A stretch of DNA of 64,000 nt from Leucoraja ocellata (lineage: Eukaryota), in the NCBI GenBank assembly GCA_036785375.1, contig JAWMAR010000603.1, forward strand, positions 868,001-932,000. The letters run 5' to 3'. The notes beneath the pieces were generated by a model. It was not told the DNA's origin. It made no database searches and worked only from the letters and a program-made list of their open reading frames with translations. The translations under genes were made by a program, and so were the position numbers. This document shows positions 1 through 13,146 of this stretch, piece by piece; position 1 is the stretch's first letter, and each line of letters starts with the position of its first letter.

Positions 1-470
1 AAGTGGCAATGAAATGTTCTGTAGTTGGGCTAACATATACACGGTTTATTTGAAATAGCATTATTTCCTATTACTAATTATTTGTGAAGCCCATGTTACT
101 GCTTGTACACTTATATTCTCAATAAGTGTGATTCAGTAACTTTACAAGGTTGTTGCTCACGTTAGATCTCCACACATATTCTTAATGGGTTGAGATCAAA
201 TCTGGGTAAAAAAACTTGTAAAGTTATCCTTACATTGGAAGTTGTTGCTGGTACATATGTGGGAAGACATTTTGAGTGTCTACCCTTGAAGAATTGTACC
301 TCATGCACTTGTGATACAGATACAAATGTACATTGATTATGTTCTAAATGGACAGAAACATCGTGTTAGTCAACTCAATATAATTTGATTGCTTGGCTTA
401 ATAAAAATGGCCAAATGGGAAAATTATCGCATTTAAAGAGGAAAATTTCATGTTGGTTCAATAAGAATTT

Positions 471-755
471 GGGCGTCACAGCTGGTAGAGCTGCTGTCTC
501 ACAGTGTCAGAGACCTGGGTTCGATCCTGAACTCGGATGCTGTCTGTGCAGAGTTTGTAAATTCTCTCTGTGAGTGCATGGATTTACTCTGGGTGCTCCA
601 GTTTCCTCCCACATCCCAAAGATGTACAGATTTGTAGGTTAAATGGTTTCTGCTGATTGTAAATCGTCCCTCGTGTGTAAGATAGCGGTAATCGCTGATC
701 GGCGAGGACTCGGTGGGCTGAAGGGCCTGTTTCCATGCTGCATCTCTAAAGTAAA
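471..755 (+). mobile_element. HE1-type tRNA-derived V-SINE
   Basis: A/B boxes (ggtagag...gggttcgatcc), V-domain gtttcctcccacatcccaaaga, tail gaagggcctgtttcc...tctctaaa. Confidence 0.85.
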
Positions 756-834
756 TAATGGCTAAGAATGAAAAGGAAAGCAGAGTGGACACCATCACAG
801 TTCATCACAGTTGCTGATCTTCCATCATCGAAAT

Positions 835-970
835 GGCCTTTATTCAAACCTGACAATGTGCACTTTAACCATGTGTGATTTTTTTTTCTATACAAATCTC
901 AAATTGTGGAGTACAGAGGCAAATAAATAAATGATGGGTCTTTGTCCCAGACATTATGGAGGGCACTGTA
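835..970 (-). mobile_element. Tc1/mariner terminal inverted repeat fragment
   Basis: Ends ...gggCACTG|TA; reverse complement of 50530-50625. Confidence 0.7.
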
Positions 971-1094
971 TCGAAAGGAGACACTGCCTCAAAAAGGCAT
1001 CCATGTAAAGGTGCACATCACTGGCCAATGGGTGGCATGGACTTGGTGGGCCAAAGGGCTTGTTTTCATGCTGTATCTCCAAACTAAACTAAAG

Positions 1095-1460
1095 AAGGAA
1101 TGGAATACTTTATTGTCACATGTGACAAGGCACAGTGACATTCATTGCTTGCATACCTTGGGTTTGCAAATAATCGCCACACACGGCGCTGGCAAAGTTA
1201 CAAAGTACCCCCGTCAGTTCCTCCTTTCTTCGCCTCCCTCTCCTCCCCTCCTCACCCATGCCAGATCCTCCATCGTTCTTCCCCCTCCCCTCCCCTTACG
1301 GTGGTCCCCCCGTGCCCTCATCGACTGCCGACCATGGGTCGACCAGCGAGGCTTCACCACCGCCGCGGCGAAGCTCCGTCGGTCACGATGCCATCGCTGA
1401 AGCTCCATCTCCACTGCCGAGGCTCCACCGCTGCTGCCGAGGCTCCATTGGCCCAGTCAG
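1095..1460 (-). mobile_element. GC-rich non-autonomous retroelement with Rex/L2-type 3' tail
   Basis: Tail tttattgtcacatgtgac on minus strand followed by a CpG-rich body. Confidence 0.5.
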
Positions 1461-1499
1461 GATGCAAAGAGCAGAGGAAGCTTTTACAGGACGTGACTA

Positions 1500-1593
1500 A
1501 GGGTCTGAAGAAGGGTTTCGGCCCAAAACGTTGCCTATTTCCTTTGCTCCATAGATGCTGCTGCACCTGCTGAGTTTCTCCAGCATTTTTGTA
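1500..1593 (+). mobile_element. Penelope-like pLTR fragment with degenerate hammerhead-like core
   Basis: gtctgaagaagggtttcggcccaaaacgttgcc...gatgctgc...ctccagcatttt. Confidence 0.75.
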
Positions 1594-2310
1594 ATCATGC
1601 CCTACAGGATGTGAATATTCTCTATGCTGAAATTGAAATATTTCCAGACACATTAATAGTGAACTCATAAAATTGTTAAAACAGTTCAAGTATATGCACG
1701 TGTGTCTCCTGTGCTTCTGATAAATATTTATCATCTGCGAAGATGTCAGCAAAAGTTGGGATGATAATTTCCCTCACCCCGTTCATTGCACCATATTACT
1801 CTACAGGAGCAGATTAGTCTGTGAGCCAGTTATTGCCTTATCTACTTAGTCAAATGGAATGGAGTTCTGTGTTAGAGAACAGTTTTTTTTAAGTGTAACT
1901 TTTGTAAAAAGTAAAGTGCTACTGTTTCTATTGATGCAAACTGGAGGTATATACTAAATTTTGAGTTGCCAACACATTATTTGTAATTAGAACACTCGAG
2001 AGTTTAATTACAATATTCAATTAAATAATTACATAGTGATATGGAGAAGTATTATTTACACCATGACTAGGCACTTTTTTATGGGTGAATATTTATTGTT
2101 CTTTGCACATTGGGTTTTCCATGTTTTGGAAGCATGTGACTAATACAAAATCCTTATTTGTAAAAAATATTCACTATAATGTGGGCTAAAATATATGGTT
2201 GGTATTTTAGTACCTAGCAGAAATTTGCTTTCATAATGCAAAGCATAAAGAGTTATGCGATCTTCTGCTTGAGTAACTAACATTTTAACCCTGTTCTATC
2301 CTTTCTGCAG

Positions 2311-2389
2311 TGATCCCTACGCTAAAGTGTCTCTGTATGATCCAATAAAAGGAGAACTTGCCAGCGTTCAAACCAAAACCATTAAGAAG
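2311..2389 (+). CDS. NEDD4: NEDD4 C2-domain exon (79 nt): (S)DPYAKVSLYDPIKGELASVQTKTIKK
   Basis: Acceptor ctttctgcag|, donor AAG|gtgagt; matches recalled NEDD4 SDPYVRVTLYDPMNGVLTSVQTKTIKK; phase fits the next exon. Confidence 0.95.
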
Positions 2390-4214
2390 GTGAGTAGATC
2401 AGAAATGTTCAAATAACTGGAGCACCATAGTGTTTAAAATAAATGACCAAAAAGGTGATTTAAAAGCTGGTGCTAGTAAAATTACAAATGTCAACGTTGC
2501 AGCTAATAATGTTGCTCATTGGATCAAACAGGTAGTCTATGGTCCGTCAACCAATGTTCCTGGTATAAGCAGACGACAAGAGTAGAAAGTCCTATTACAT
2601 GCATTTGCAATGATGGCCCATTGAAATGATGTTGAACCAAAATCTTGCTCGGGTATCGATTTCCAGAAGTAACCTAGTTTTGTAAAGCTTGTTGTGTTAC
2701 CTGATTCAAGATGGGCAAGTCCTTGCTACTGATTAGCATTTCATATGTCTGGGCGGAGGATCTTGACCTGAAAAGCCGACAGTCCATTTTCCATCACAGA
2801 TACTGCTTGGACTGCCTGAGTTCCTTTGTTTTTTGCTCCAGAGCCCAGCATCTGCAATTTCTTGTATCTCTACATCTGTGTGGATCAAGTGAGGGCTGGA
2901 TCTCCTGGGGACAAATCAACAGCAGGCATTCAATAACCAGGCTGAAGACTGCACATTCTCACACCTCTGTTCGCTTCCCAAATAGTTGAATGGTCACCTA
3001 CAAAATATTGGTGCTAAATTGAGGAATTTAAACTTTTCAGAAGATGTAGAGAAATTGTACATAAAAGTGATGAAAGGAAATAGTTTTAATTTAGTGTATT
3101 TGACTACTTATTGGGTCACCATTCTTATGGGTGGAAATTATTCGATGGGTTAGCAGTTCCCCATAAGTATGGTGCAGATTGTATTTGCGTGCAAGTTATT
3201 TAGGTGAACACCACAAGTATTTGAGTCACTCAGATTTTACATCTCCTAATCAAAAATAAACTTCAGTCATTCTTAAACCCATTCCCATTCAGATGTGGTG
3301 GGAAAATGCTGAGTGTTAAACTAAAATTAAAACCCCATCCAGAGGCTGTTCCATTTTCCATTTGTTCAAATATGTTGCCAAAAAGGCTAGTTTGCACTGA
3401 CTACAGGAAATGTAAGCTTGGATCAAAAAGCTTTCTGCCTCATAAGTTATGATATCACTTGGATTGGGGCCAAACTTCTGCATGATCACCCCTCTCTATC
3501 TTGCCAATGTACTAACGCGGTTTGAGGCTTGCTGTGAATATCCTGCGATACACGTTAGAGACTGCAGCTTGCATGAGTCATGGTTTGACTGCTCGAAGGA
3601 GCTTGCAATTCATTGAGGGCAAGTCAGGGACATTCTTAAGGACAGCTGCTTGTTACTTAGTTTTAAAACATTATGTCGTAACATTTCCATTCATATTAAC
3701 CAGAGTGTGTAAGAAAGCATATGAACAAGTGAACATATGCAAAGACATTTTACCAAAACCAATTTTGATAATTGTTAATGAATGATTTTGTTTTGTGTAT
3801 TTTCATGTATATTTGTGTGTGCTTGCCTGTTTTTTTTATACTAAATGTTCTTGTGAGCTAATTTGCAATGGTAGCTGCCTGCAAAAACTAACCAGGGAAT
3901 GATATATCTTTCCATCCATGATGTACCTCATTTTTACACCTCCCAGCTTGGCAGAGTATCTCCAACCAGCTATTTTTCTGCTTTCCGGATGATTGTGCAG
4001 CTTTGCTAGTCAATATAAAGTAGAGTTATAATCTAACAGTAAAAATTAAATCACTTGGTAAAATAATGGCAATAATACTCTTTATCTTGTCACTGGAATG
4101 CACGATGATTAATTTAAAAAAAATCTTACTTCTCTAGTTCTGATGAAAGGTTACCTCTGGGTAATTGTTAAACTGAGAGATTCTTGAACTGGAAATGTTT
4201 AGATTTCTTCCTCC

Positions 4215-4585
4215 GATTCAAACTTTATTGTCATTGTGCAGTGTACAGTACAGAGACAACGAAATGCAGTTAGCATCTCACCAGAAGAGAGAACATAGAA
4301 TATGAGCAATAAATATATATACGCACATACAGTCGCCGTAGTGCAATTTTTTTTTCCGGGGGAAGGCGTGTCCGGGGAGGTGGGGTGACTGGCAATCACC
4401 GATGTACAGAGTTGAGTAATGTAACAGCCGCAGGGAAGAAGCTGTTCCTGGACCTGCTGGTCCGGTAATGGAGAGACCTGTAGCGCCTCCCGGATGGTAG
4501 GAGGGTAAACAGACTGTGGCTGGGGTGTGAGCAGTCCTTGACGATGCTGAGCGCCCTCCGCAGACATTGCTTGCTTTGGACAGAC
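4215..4585 (-). mobile_element. Rex1/Babar-type LINE 3' end
   Basis: Minus frame CLRRALSIVKDCSHPSHSLFTLLPSGRRYRS...RNSFFPAAVTLLN plus tail ending gacaataaa. Confidence 0.8.
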
Positions 4586-4731
4586 TCTTTCCAAGGATGC
4601 TGAATCTTTTCAACATTTTCTCTTTTTGTCATTAAAAACAAAAATAATGTTTTTGCATTGTTTGGGAACATGTGTGGTTTTTTTAAAAAAACCCATCAAA
4701 TTCTCATATTAAATGCTGTTGTTTCTTTCAG

Positions 4732-4770
4732 ACTTTGGATCCTAAGTGGAATGAAGAATTTTATTTCCGA
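4732..4770 (+). CDS. NEDD4: NEDD4 C2 exon (39 nt): TLDPKWNEEFYFR
   Basis: tttctttcag| ... CGA|gtgagt; C2 motif LxPKWNEE. Confidence 0.95.
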
Positions 4771-5280
4771 GTGAGTACACTTCATTTGTTTTACTTCTTC
4801 TACGTTAGAAATTTAAAGCACCAAAAATGGGTGCACTGCCTGTTTGTGGATGGAAGATAATTGCATGTTGGAGGGCCAAAGTTAATTTGTGAGTTTGTTG
4901 GGTTGATGGTCCTCCAGATATGAAGGTCTACACTTGCAAATGGTTACAGTTGTGCTACAAAATCATCTATTTATTTTTACAGGGCCATGTGAGCATGTAT
5001 TGAGGGGGTTAATAACAGAATTCAAGTAGAATCAGACCCCCTAACACAGGATTAGGGTATTTTAATTATATTGTTGAACCAGAATGTTCTCATAAAGAGT
5101 CATCTGTTTAATTGTTGTCCCTGCACTGAATATTGTATTCCTCTGAAGCTAAGCTCTGTTGAACTGCATTTAACTATATATTTCTAGAAGCAAAGCATTC
5201 ATTAATTCTATATGGCCTTGCAATTTAGTCCTCATTCTCAACTGTGAGCAATTAAAATGTAGTTAATAATAGCCATTAAT

Positions 5281-5544
5281 AGACCGGAAACAGGCCCATC
5301 GGCACATTGAGTCCATGCCGACCTGTGATCACCCGTACACTAGCTTTACCTTACACACGAGGGATAATTTTACCTTGGCCAATTAGCCTAAAAAACCTGC
5401 ACGTCTTTGGTGTGGGAGGAAACCGGAGCACCCGGAGAAACTCCATGTGGTCACAGGGAGAACGTACGAACTCCGTACAGACAGCACCCGCAGTCAGGAT
5501 CGACCCTGGGTCCCTGGCACTGCGAGGCAGCAACTCCACCGCTG
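5281..5544 (-). mobile_element. HE1-type V-SINE
   Basis: Reverse complement of the SINE head, V-domain and tail. Confidence 0.85.
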
Positions 5545-5859
5545 TTTCTTCCACTATCCTGCTTCTCTTCTCCTCTCCCAATACATCCCCTTCCAGCTGC
5601 ATCCCTCCCTCTAGCTTTAATTCCAGTCCTCTATATCTGACACCTTTTTGTCTCCTTTCCCTCTCGCGCCTTTGCTCCGCCCATCTGCCAATCAACCCCC
5701 TCATTTCAGAAAGGTGTGAGGTAAGGATAGAAGAGTTGTGAATTGTGAAGCCTGAGGATGGAAGAGGGAGGGTCGAAGGTGGGAAGGAACGGGTTGACCA
5801 GGGAGTTACGGAGGGAACGGTCGCTGCTGAAAGCAGAAAGGGGGTGGAGATGGGAAGAT

Positions 5860-5952
5860 GGGAGGCGCTACAGGTCTCTCCGTTACTGGACCAGCAGGTC
5901 CAGGAACAGCTTCTTCCCTGCGGCTGTTACATTACCTAACTCTGTACATCGG
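5860..5952 (+). mobile_element. Rex/Babar fragment, near-identical inverted copy of 4399-4491
   Basis: 93 nt with 4 differences by eye. Confidence 0.85.
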
Positions 5953-8367
5953 ATGATTGATGGTGTGTCAGTCAAGCAGGCTGCGTTTTCCTGAATGGCA
6001 TTGAGTTTAAGAGCTGATGATACTCGGTTTATCCAGACAAGTGGAGAATACTCCATCGTATTCCTGGGTCCTGTAGATAGTGGAAATGGCTTGGAGTCTC
6101 AGCTGTGAGGCCTCAATGCTTGTGCAAGGTATTTATTGCCCAGTTAAGAATATTGATGACAAGGGACACGGTGATAATAAAACCATTGATGCCAATAATG
6201 AGTGGTCTTGTTTTAAATGGTCTTGTTTCAGATGGTCATTGCCTGCTATTTACTAACTAATGTTTGAAAATTATTTTGATCTTCACTAGCAATGTGATCA
6301 TCAGGGTGAGAGGCTGTAGTTATGTGGATAGACTGGAGAAACTGGAATTGTATTATTGGAATAAAAACAGTGCAAAGAGATTTGGTAGAGATATCTAAAA
6401 CTATGAGGTGTTAGATGTTGTTAAACTGTTCTCCTTGACATGAACCAGGGCAAGTAGAATAAAAATGGTGGACAAAAGAAGCAAACGTTCATTGCATGGT
6501 GCATGTCGAGCAAAGGGTGCAGCTGAATTTGCTTCCACTACTATCCCAGGATAAAAAAAAGCAGAGCTAAGCCACATGGCCACTGAAGCCTGGTGCATCA
6601 TTTACCAAGATCACATTTATCTGATTGCTGGCCTCAACTCTGTTTTCCTGCCTGGTTCATAAAATGGTCGAATCCCTTGCAGTCTAATAACCTCTCTCGT
6701 CTTAAAATGTATTCAGCAAACAGTTTGGCATCCACAGCTCTTTTTATAAAGAATTCCAAATATTCAGTCCTCTGAAAGAAGGCATTCCTCCCTGTTATCA
6801 ATCTGTGCTATTCATAAATTGCCTGGCAAAAGGGATATCTGACTGTCTCTAGAGTTTCGAAAATGGTACAAATCTTGAGCACTGCTCAAAGAAAATTTTG
6901 CGCAGTTGAACAGACTTAGATTTGAAAGAATGCAAATAATAGTATAGTATATGTAATATATAACTGAGCTACTGTTTGTTTGCAAATATGAAAACAGTCT
7001 TGGGATAATGCAGTTGATCACTGACTGAATGCATCAGCAGTGTTTTTAATTGGGTATTGGTGCATTGAACCAACTAGAAATACTGTATTTGAAATGATGC
7101 ACATAATCTTCCCAGCTCTTTCATCAATATGATGTGTCTGGGGAAAACAGCTGCAATTAGTTTTTGGCCTTGGGTTTAGTTTCACAAAATTTGTGTTTGT
7201 TTTATGAAATAACGGAAGGAGATGTGAATAATTGATATGAGTTGTGGAACATGATTTTTGCAAATGCATTCACATTCTGATTGCAAGAACTGGACCAAAA
7301 CTCAAACTACAGATCTGAGATCTGTTCTTGGCAACGTCAGTTGCAGTCTGTCCAGGCTGATGAATTGCAACTGTTATAACAATCTAAAGGAAGAATCGAG
7401 TCCAATGCCACTGACTCAATTGTATGTCATAACATTCAGCACCACTTCAATACCTAATTGTCCAAATGGTCACATTGGGTCAACAGTGATTACCTATTAA
7501 CCTATGCATCTGGTAAAACGAGACACTGAGACTTCAATCTGAACACATTGCTGTCAAATACATGCATGAATACCTTGTACAGATGGGGAAAAAATGAACA
7601 GAAGGGCGGGAAAGAAACGGGAGCAGAAAAGATTTGCCTTGCAACCTTGAGGATTACTAAAACATTCCAAACCAGTGATTTTCATTTAAATTGAAAAGTT
7701 TGCTTCAGCTCGCTCACAAAGAAACAGGATACAAAGTGAATCGAACTACCGTAAGTGGATTATTTTTCAGAGAAAGTCCACATGCACTTTGGCGCAGTTT
7801 CCACCTCTTCTCTGCAGCATAACAATTCTACGGGTTTGTTTTTTTGGACTCTTGTTGACACATTCATTTAAAATTATATTAGGGAGCGATCCAAGTTTTG
7901 AGGGTTTTCATATTTAAATATGCAAAGTTATTGTTTCCTGGAGATTGCATTGTAAAAAAGACTTCTGTTTTTGAAGAATTTTCCACACCTTGAAATATAA
8001 CTATGCTAAATATTTTTTGAATTGTAGAAGTAATTTAGTGTAATTTCTTTCACTGGTGCTATTATGTTTATTCATCATTGCATATTTATTGAATTTGCCA
8101 AGTTGAATGAAAGGAGTGTTCCATAGGGGCTCTGTTACTTCTAAGTACTTTATATTGGATGTGAAAATCCAGTTGACTTTTGTAACTTAAGTTATTAGTA
8201 TCAATAATTTTCAAGTTTGTTGGCCACTGTCTCAGACTGCTTGACATGCTGCGTATGTGTATGCAAAATCCAGTCATACTGGTGTATTGCGGGAGAAAGT
8301 GATTTTTTCTTACTGGAAAGGAGCTATTACTAAGTTCTAGCAGGGCAATCAGAAAAACGCACGCTAA

Positions 8368-8548
8368 TTTAGTTTAGTTTTCATTTAGTTTAGAGACACA
8401 GCTTGGACAAACGGCCCTTTGGCCCACCGAGACTCCAATGACCAGCGATCGCCCGCACACTAGTTTTATCCTACACACGAGGGAGAATTTACAGAAGCCA
8501 ATTAACCTACAAGTCTGTACGTCTTTGGAGTGTGAGAGGAAACTGGAG
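8368..8548 (-). mobile_element. HE1-type V-SINE, partial
   Basis: tttagtttagagacacagc...gtctttggagtgtgagagg. Confidence 0.75.
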
Positions 8549-8559
8549 CAGGGAGATGC

Positions 8560-9205
8560 AGGCTGTGGGAAGTTGCAGAGAGGTTGTGGACAAAGCTCTG
8601 GCAAATAAAATATAATGTGAAGATGTGAAATTGTCCATTTTGGCAAAAGAAAATTACATTTTAATTTTTCAATTGTATCTAAACTGTGAGAAACTGAAGA
8701 GCTTTTAAGATTCAGAGGCATCCAAGTGCATGAATTACAAAGGGCTAGTAATTAAGAATGTTAGCCAATTCTGGGGAATTCAATACAAGAGGAAGGAGGT
8801 TATTCTTCAATTATACGGGGCATGGGCGAGATCACATCTGGGACACTATTATTGGTCTTATTTAAGTAAGGCTTGGATAGAGTGGGTGTGGAGAGGATGT
8901 TTCCACTGGTGGGAGAGTCTAGGACTAGAGGTCATAGCCTCAGAAATTAAAGGACGTACTTTTAGGAAAGAGATGAGGAAGAATGTCTTTAGTCCGAGGG
9001 TGGTGAATCTGTGGAATTCTTTGCCACAGAAGTCTGTGGAGGCCAAGTCAATGGATATTTTTAAGGCAGATAGATTATTAATTAGTACATGTGTCAGTGG
9101 TTATGTGAAGAAGACAGGAGAATGGGGTTAGGAGGGAGAGATAGATTATTCAAGTTTGAATGGTGGAGTAGATTTGAAGGGCCAAATTTGCTCCTATCAC
9201 TTATG
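8560..9205 (+). mobile_element. CR1/HER1 LINE 3' fragments
   Basis: Frame ...RKEMRKNVFSPRVVNLWNSLPQKSVEA; CR1 3' UTR. Confidence 0.85.
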
Positions 9206-9207
9206 AC

Positions 9208-10165
9208 CACTAGGGGCGCCACATTGATGGCAGCCTCTGCCTACAGAAGGGTTTCGGCCCAAAACGTTGCCTATTTCCTTCGCTCCATAGATGCTGCTGC
9301 ACCCACTGAGTTTCTCCAGCATTTTTGTGTACCTTCTGCCTACAGTCTGTTTGTTTTTCCATCTTTTTATTTTTAGTCTGTTTTAAAAGTATGTTTTGGA
9401 GGTTTCTTTAGTTTTTCAATGTGGGGGAGCGGGGTGGGGTCGGTGGGGGAAACCGTTTCCCAGTCACTTCCTGGTGAGGATGCGACTATTCTCCGGGTCG
9501 CGTCCTGGCCCCCACACCCCCCCCTCCTCACGGCCTACCAACAGGATTGGCACGGCCTTTCCTGCTGGGGACCTTCACCAAAGCTTTAGCAGCGGTGCAG
9601 CACTGGATTCACCACGGAGCGGGCGATGCCTTATCGGGGATCGCCGTTTGAAGCTCTGTAGTGTTGGGCCTGCTGCTTCAACATCGTGGAGCTGTGGTTC
9701 GTAGAGCTTCCAGCGCGGGTGGCGCTGACTTCAACATCGCGGAGTCCTGGGACCTTTTGCCGAGGGCCGCCAGCGTGAAATCTCCAGCCAGCGCGGCCTG
9801 TGGATTTTGGGAGCCGCGGACTCCGGTAAGAAGTGGCTGATTCGGATGTCCAAGCCGCTGAGGTTGTTCTCCCGTTCCGATGTCGGAAATTCCATCATCC
9901 CGGCAAGAGGGCCAGAACATTAGGCCACCAGTAGCGGGGATAGCGAGGGGTTCGGGAGTCCCCCGACCACAGGTGAACAACAGAGGAGGATGACTGAACT
10001 TTGGTGCCTTCCCTCACAGTGGGAAACCTTGATCCCGCTGTGTGGTGATGTCTATGTTAAAGACCATCGTGTTCTGTGCTCTTTTTTATTCGTATGGCTG
10101 TAAGATGACCACACATTTCACTGCACCAATTGGTACATGTGACAAATAAACGTATCTTGTATCTT
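9208..10165 (+). mobile_element. GC-rich non-autonomous element with Rex-type tail, interrupted by a Penelope fragment (9247-9334)
   Basis: CpG-rich body; tail catgtgacaaataaacgtatcttgtatcttg; related segment at 63890-64000. Confidence 0.55.
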
Positions 10166-10519
10166 GATGAGAGCCGGGTTAGATTATTTCTATTCTGATC
10201 TGAAACGATGCATCTATTCACAGCCTGGCCCTCTGCAGTATCAGGTTGTTGTAAATCCTTGTTAAATCTCTCAGAACTATTAGCATTGGCAGGCAGCTTC
10301 AAAATCCTTGTGATATCTACCTTTGCCATTTGTGGATACACTATCAAGAATTTATATGCAGAAGACATCCTGATTATCACAACTGAGGTGATAATCACAT
10401 CCAACATTTCAGCCAACTTCAATTTATTCTTTCCCTTTATTCAAAAACTGGTGACCCGAATATGCATGCTAATTAACTTCACCTTGTTATTTAAATTTTC
10501 TCTTTCACTTTTACATCTG

Positions 10520-10765
10520 CCTTGTTTCATCTTTAATAATTGACTCCAGCATCTTCCCAACTACCGATGTCAGGCTAACGGGTCTATAATTCCCTGTTTT
10601 CTCTCTCCTGCCTTTCTTAAAAAGTGGGATAACATTAACTACCCTCCAATCCACAGGAACTGATCCTGCATCTATAGAACATTGGAAAATGATCACTAAT
10701 GTGTCCACGGTTTCTAGAGCCACTTCCTTAAGCACCCTGGGATGCAAACCATCAGTCCCTGGGGA
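10520..10765 (-). mobile_element. CR1 ORF2 (RT) fragment
   Basis: Minus ORF HPRVLKEVA...VPVDWRVVNVIPLFKKGRREKTGNYRPVSLTSVVGKMLESII. Confidence 0.9.
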
Positions 10766-11733
10766 ATTTGTTTTGTCAGTTTAAGATATGAAAAAAATGC
10801 ACATTAAAATATCTGTGTGTTTGAAGTAATACATCCTCTCATTCTGCAGAGGACGCATTGTTCTAAAGAGAGACAAGGAACTGCAAATGCTGGAATCTTG
10901 CGCACAAGTGCTGGAGGAATGCACAGGCAATGTTTTGGGTCGGGACTCTTAGAGACATACAGCATGGAAACAGGCCCTTCGACCCAACTGAACTTCAAAC
11001 TGACTGTAGGGGGCGTGATGAGGCCTAGGAGGGGGGTTTTCATTGGCAAACGGACAGAGTAAATGACAAAGGCTGGAGGTGAAAAGAGGACAAAAGGGTG
11101 TCAGATAAAGAGAGAAGATGAAATGTAAATCCTAAGGAGATGGAAGGGGACAAAGGGGAGTGGAGATGTGTTCTAATATGTAAATCAAGATTCCTTGATA
11201 ATAGGAGTGAAGCATTGGCGATATTGAATGGCAATTGGATACAAGATTCTTTTAACACGTGTAAGATAATTGATTTGTGTAGAGAATGATTTCAATAATT
11301 TTTTTACTTAGACTTTTCCCCTCTACATTTATATCGGAAGTTGCAGATTGAGGTAGATGTTGCAAATAATGAAAGAATAAGCATGATATTTGAGGGTTCG
11401 ATCAAAGAATTTAGATTAAATCGGATTAGACAAAGAATAAGATATTTGTTTTGCTCCAAAGACAAAGGAGGTGCCCCCTTGTGGTTAATTTAATGTGATT
11501 TGGCAAGACTGGAAAATGTTGTTCTCTGTATTTCACTTTGTACTTGACCCAGGAAGACAACATGCTGATGCTGGAACGGAATTCTCATCCCTCATCTTTG
11601 AGCAAAACTGTTGAAGTAAACACAGGCTTTTCAACCACCCTTTTCATTCCAGCTTCTAACCAGTTTGTACCTCAAAATATTTGGAGTTATGGACTGATGC
11701 CCTTTTGGCATAAGGGATTAAGTCTCTCTCTTC

Positions 11734-11917
11734 NNNNNNNNNNNNNNNNNNNNNNNNNNNNNNNNNNNNNNNNNNNNNNNNNNNNNNNNNNNNNNNNNNN
11801 NNNNNNNNNNNNNNNNNNNNNNNNNNNNNNNNNNNNNNNNNNNNNNNNNNNNNNNNNNNNNNNNNNNNNNNNNNNNNNNNNNNNNNNNNNNNNNNNNNNN
11901 NNNNNNNNNNNNNNNNN
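11734..11917. other. Assembly gap (184 N)
   Basis: Run of N. Confidence 1.
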
Positions 11918-13146
11918 TATTTCCAGTATTTAAAAAAATAATCAGGTTTTCGGCATCTGCAGTGTTTTGCTTTTGGATGGCGCTGTGTTGTTTTTAACTC
12001 TGGGAATATTGTTTTTTTCGACAGGTTGGCAAGCTGTTTGTGTGTGGATCTTCTATTTTTCTGAAGCATATAAACTATCCACTGCACAAATTTGAACTAG
12101 TGGAAACTTTGGGCTCAGAATGGGTTGGCATGATGTATCGTAGTAACTTGCATAACGCGCCAACGCAGATGGATGTTGAATTTAATGCGCTGTGTGTTTT
12201 CAGATCGGTGGTTTGGTTGGGCTAGTTTGAAGATTAATTAGCAAAAATTGAAAGGAGGGAAATTAGTTCTGATGTTTAATAGAACAAGGTTTGTACAAAA
12301 TGAAATTTTGTTACACTAATTAAAGTGAAGGTGCAGCAAACAGAGTTATTGAAATGCAAGTGTTCATAAATGAACAATAGTGCATTCTAAGACTGGATTA
12401 TTTGCCATAAATACAGATTTATTTTGTGTACTCCACGCAGAGTTAAACATTCGGTTTCACAATTTAAAATTAATCCCTTGCCGAGGCAGTCCCAAAGTGC
12501 TGTGAGGGTGGAATTCTCTGACCAAGCATGTTCCAAAAATGCCCTGTGGTATGGCTGTTCATAAAAGGCTGCAGTTAATGCTTAGAAATTCATATTCTTA
12601 ATTCTGATTGAAGGATTTTTGTGAAAGTAAGAATTTTTTTTTTCCAATAACTCTGCCAGAAATTGCACCTTACAATTAAAGCAATAAAAATATTTGTTAT
12701 AGTATGGGGAATAAATTAAGTGTCTCATGGAAAAGCCTAATTAGAAAAAAACTGTGACTTGAAACAATAAAACAAATTTATATTAAAGAGTTTTATTTGG
12801 TACTATGAGAATTCAAAGTTTAGTTTTCATCATTATTAAAATTCAAAAGTTTTTATTTCTGAATTTTTTTTTATTTAAAAAATCATCAAAGGCTCGATTG
12901 TAATCATGTATTGTCTTTACACTGACTGGTTAGCACGCAACAAAAGCTTTTCACTGTACCTCGGTACACGTGACAATAAACTAAACTGAATAGATGCACG
13001 AAGGAAGTTTGAGCTGGGTGGACCTCTTCTCATTGGCATTGGGTAGAATGAGAGGCGATTGTGTTAAACCACAAGTTCCACAAACAAGTTCACTCAATAA
13101 GATGGATATTGACGGGCTACTCTCCATCATGGTTATATTTAGAAAT

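Noticed and set aside
942-1752. Cluster of overlapping ORFs of 130-150 aa
   Set aside because: GC-rich repeat composite with few stops; no splice or domain support
11538-12087. ORFs spanning N runs (also 21027-21677)
   Set aside because: Artefacts of assembly gaps
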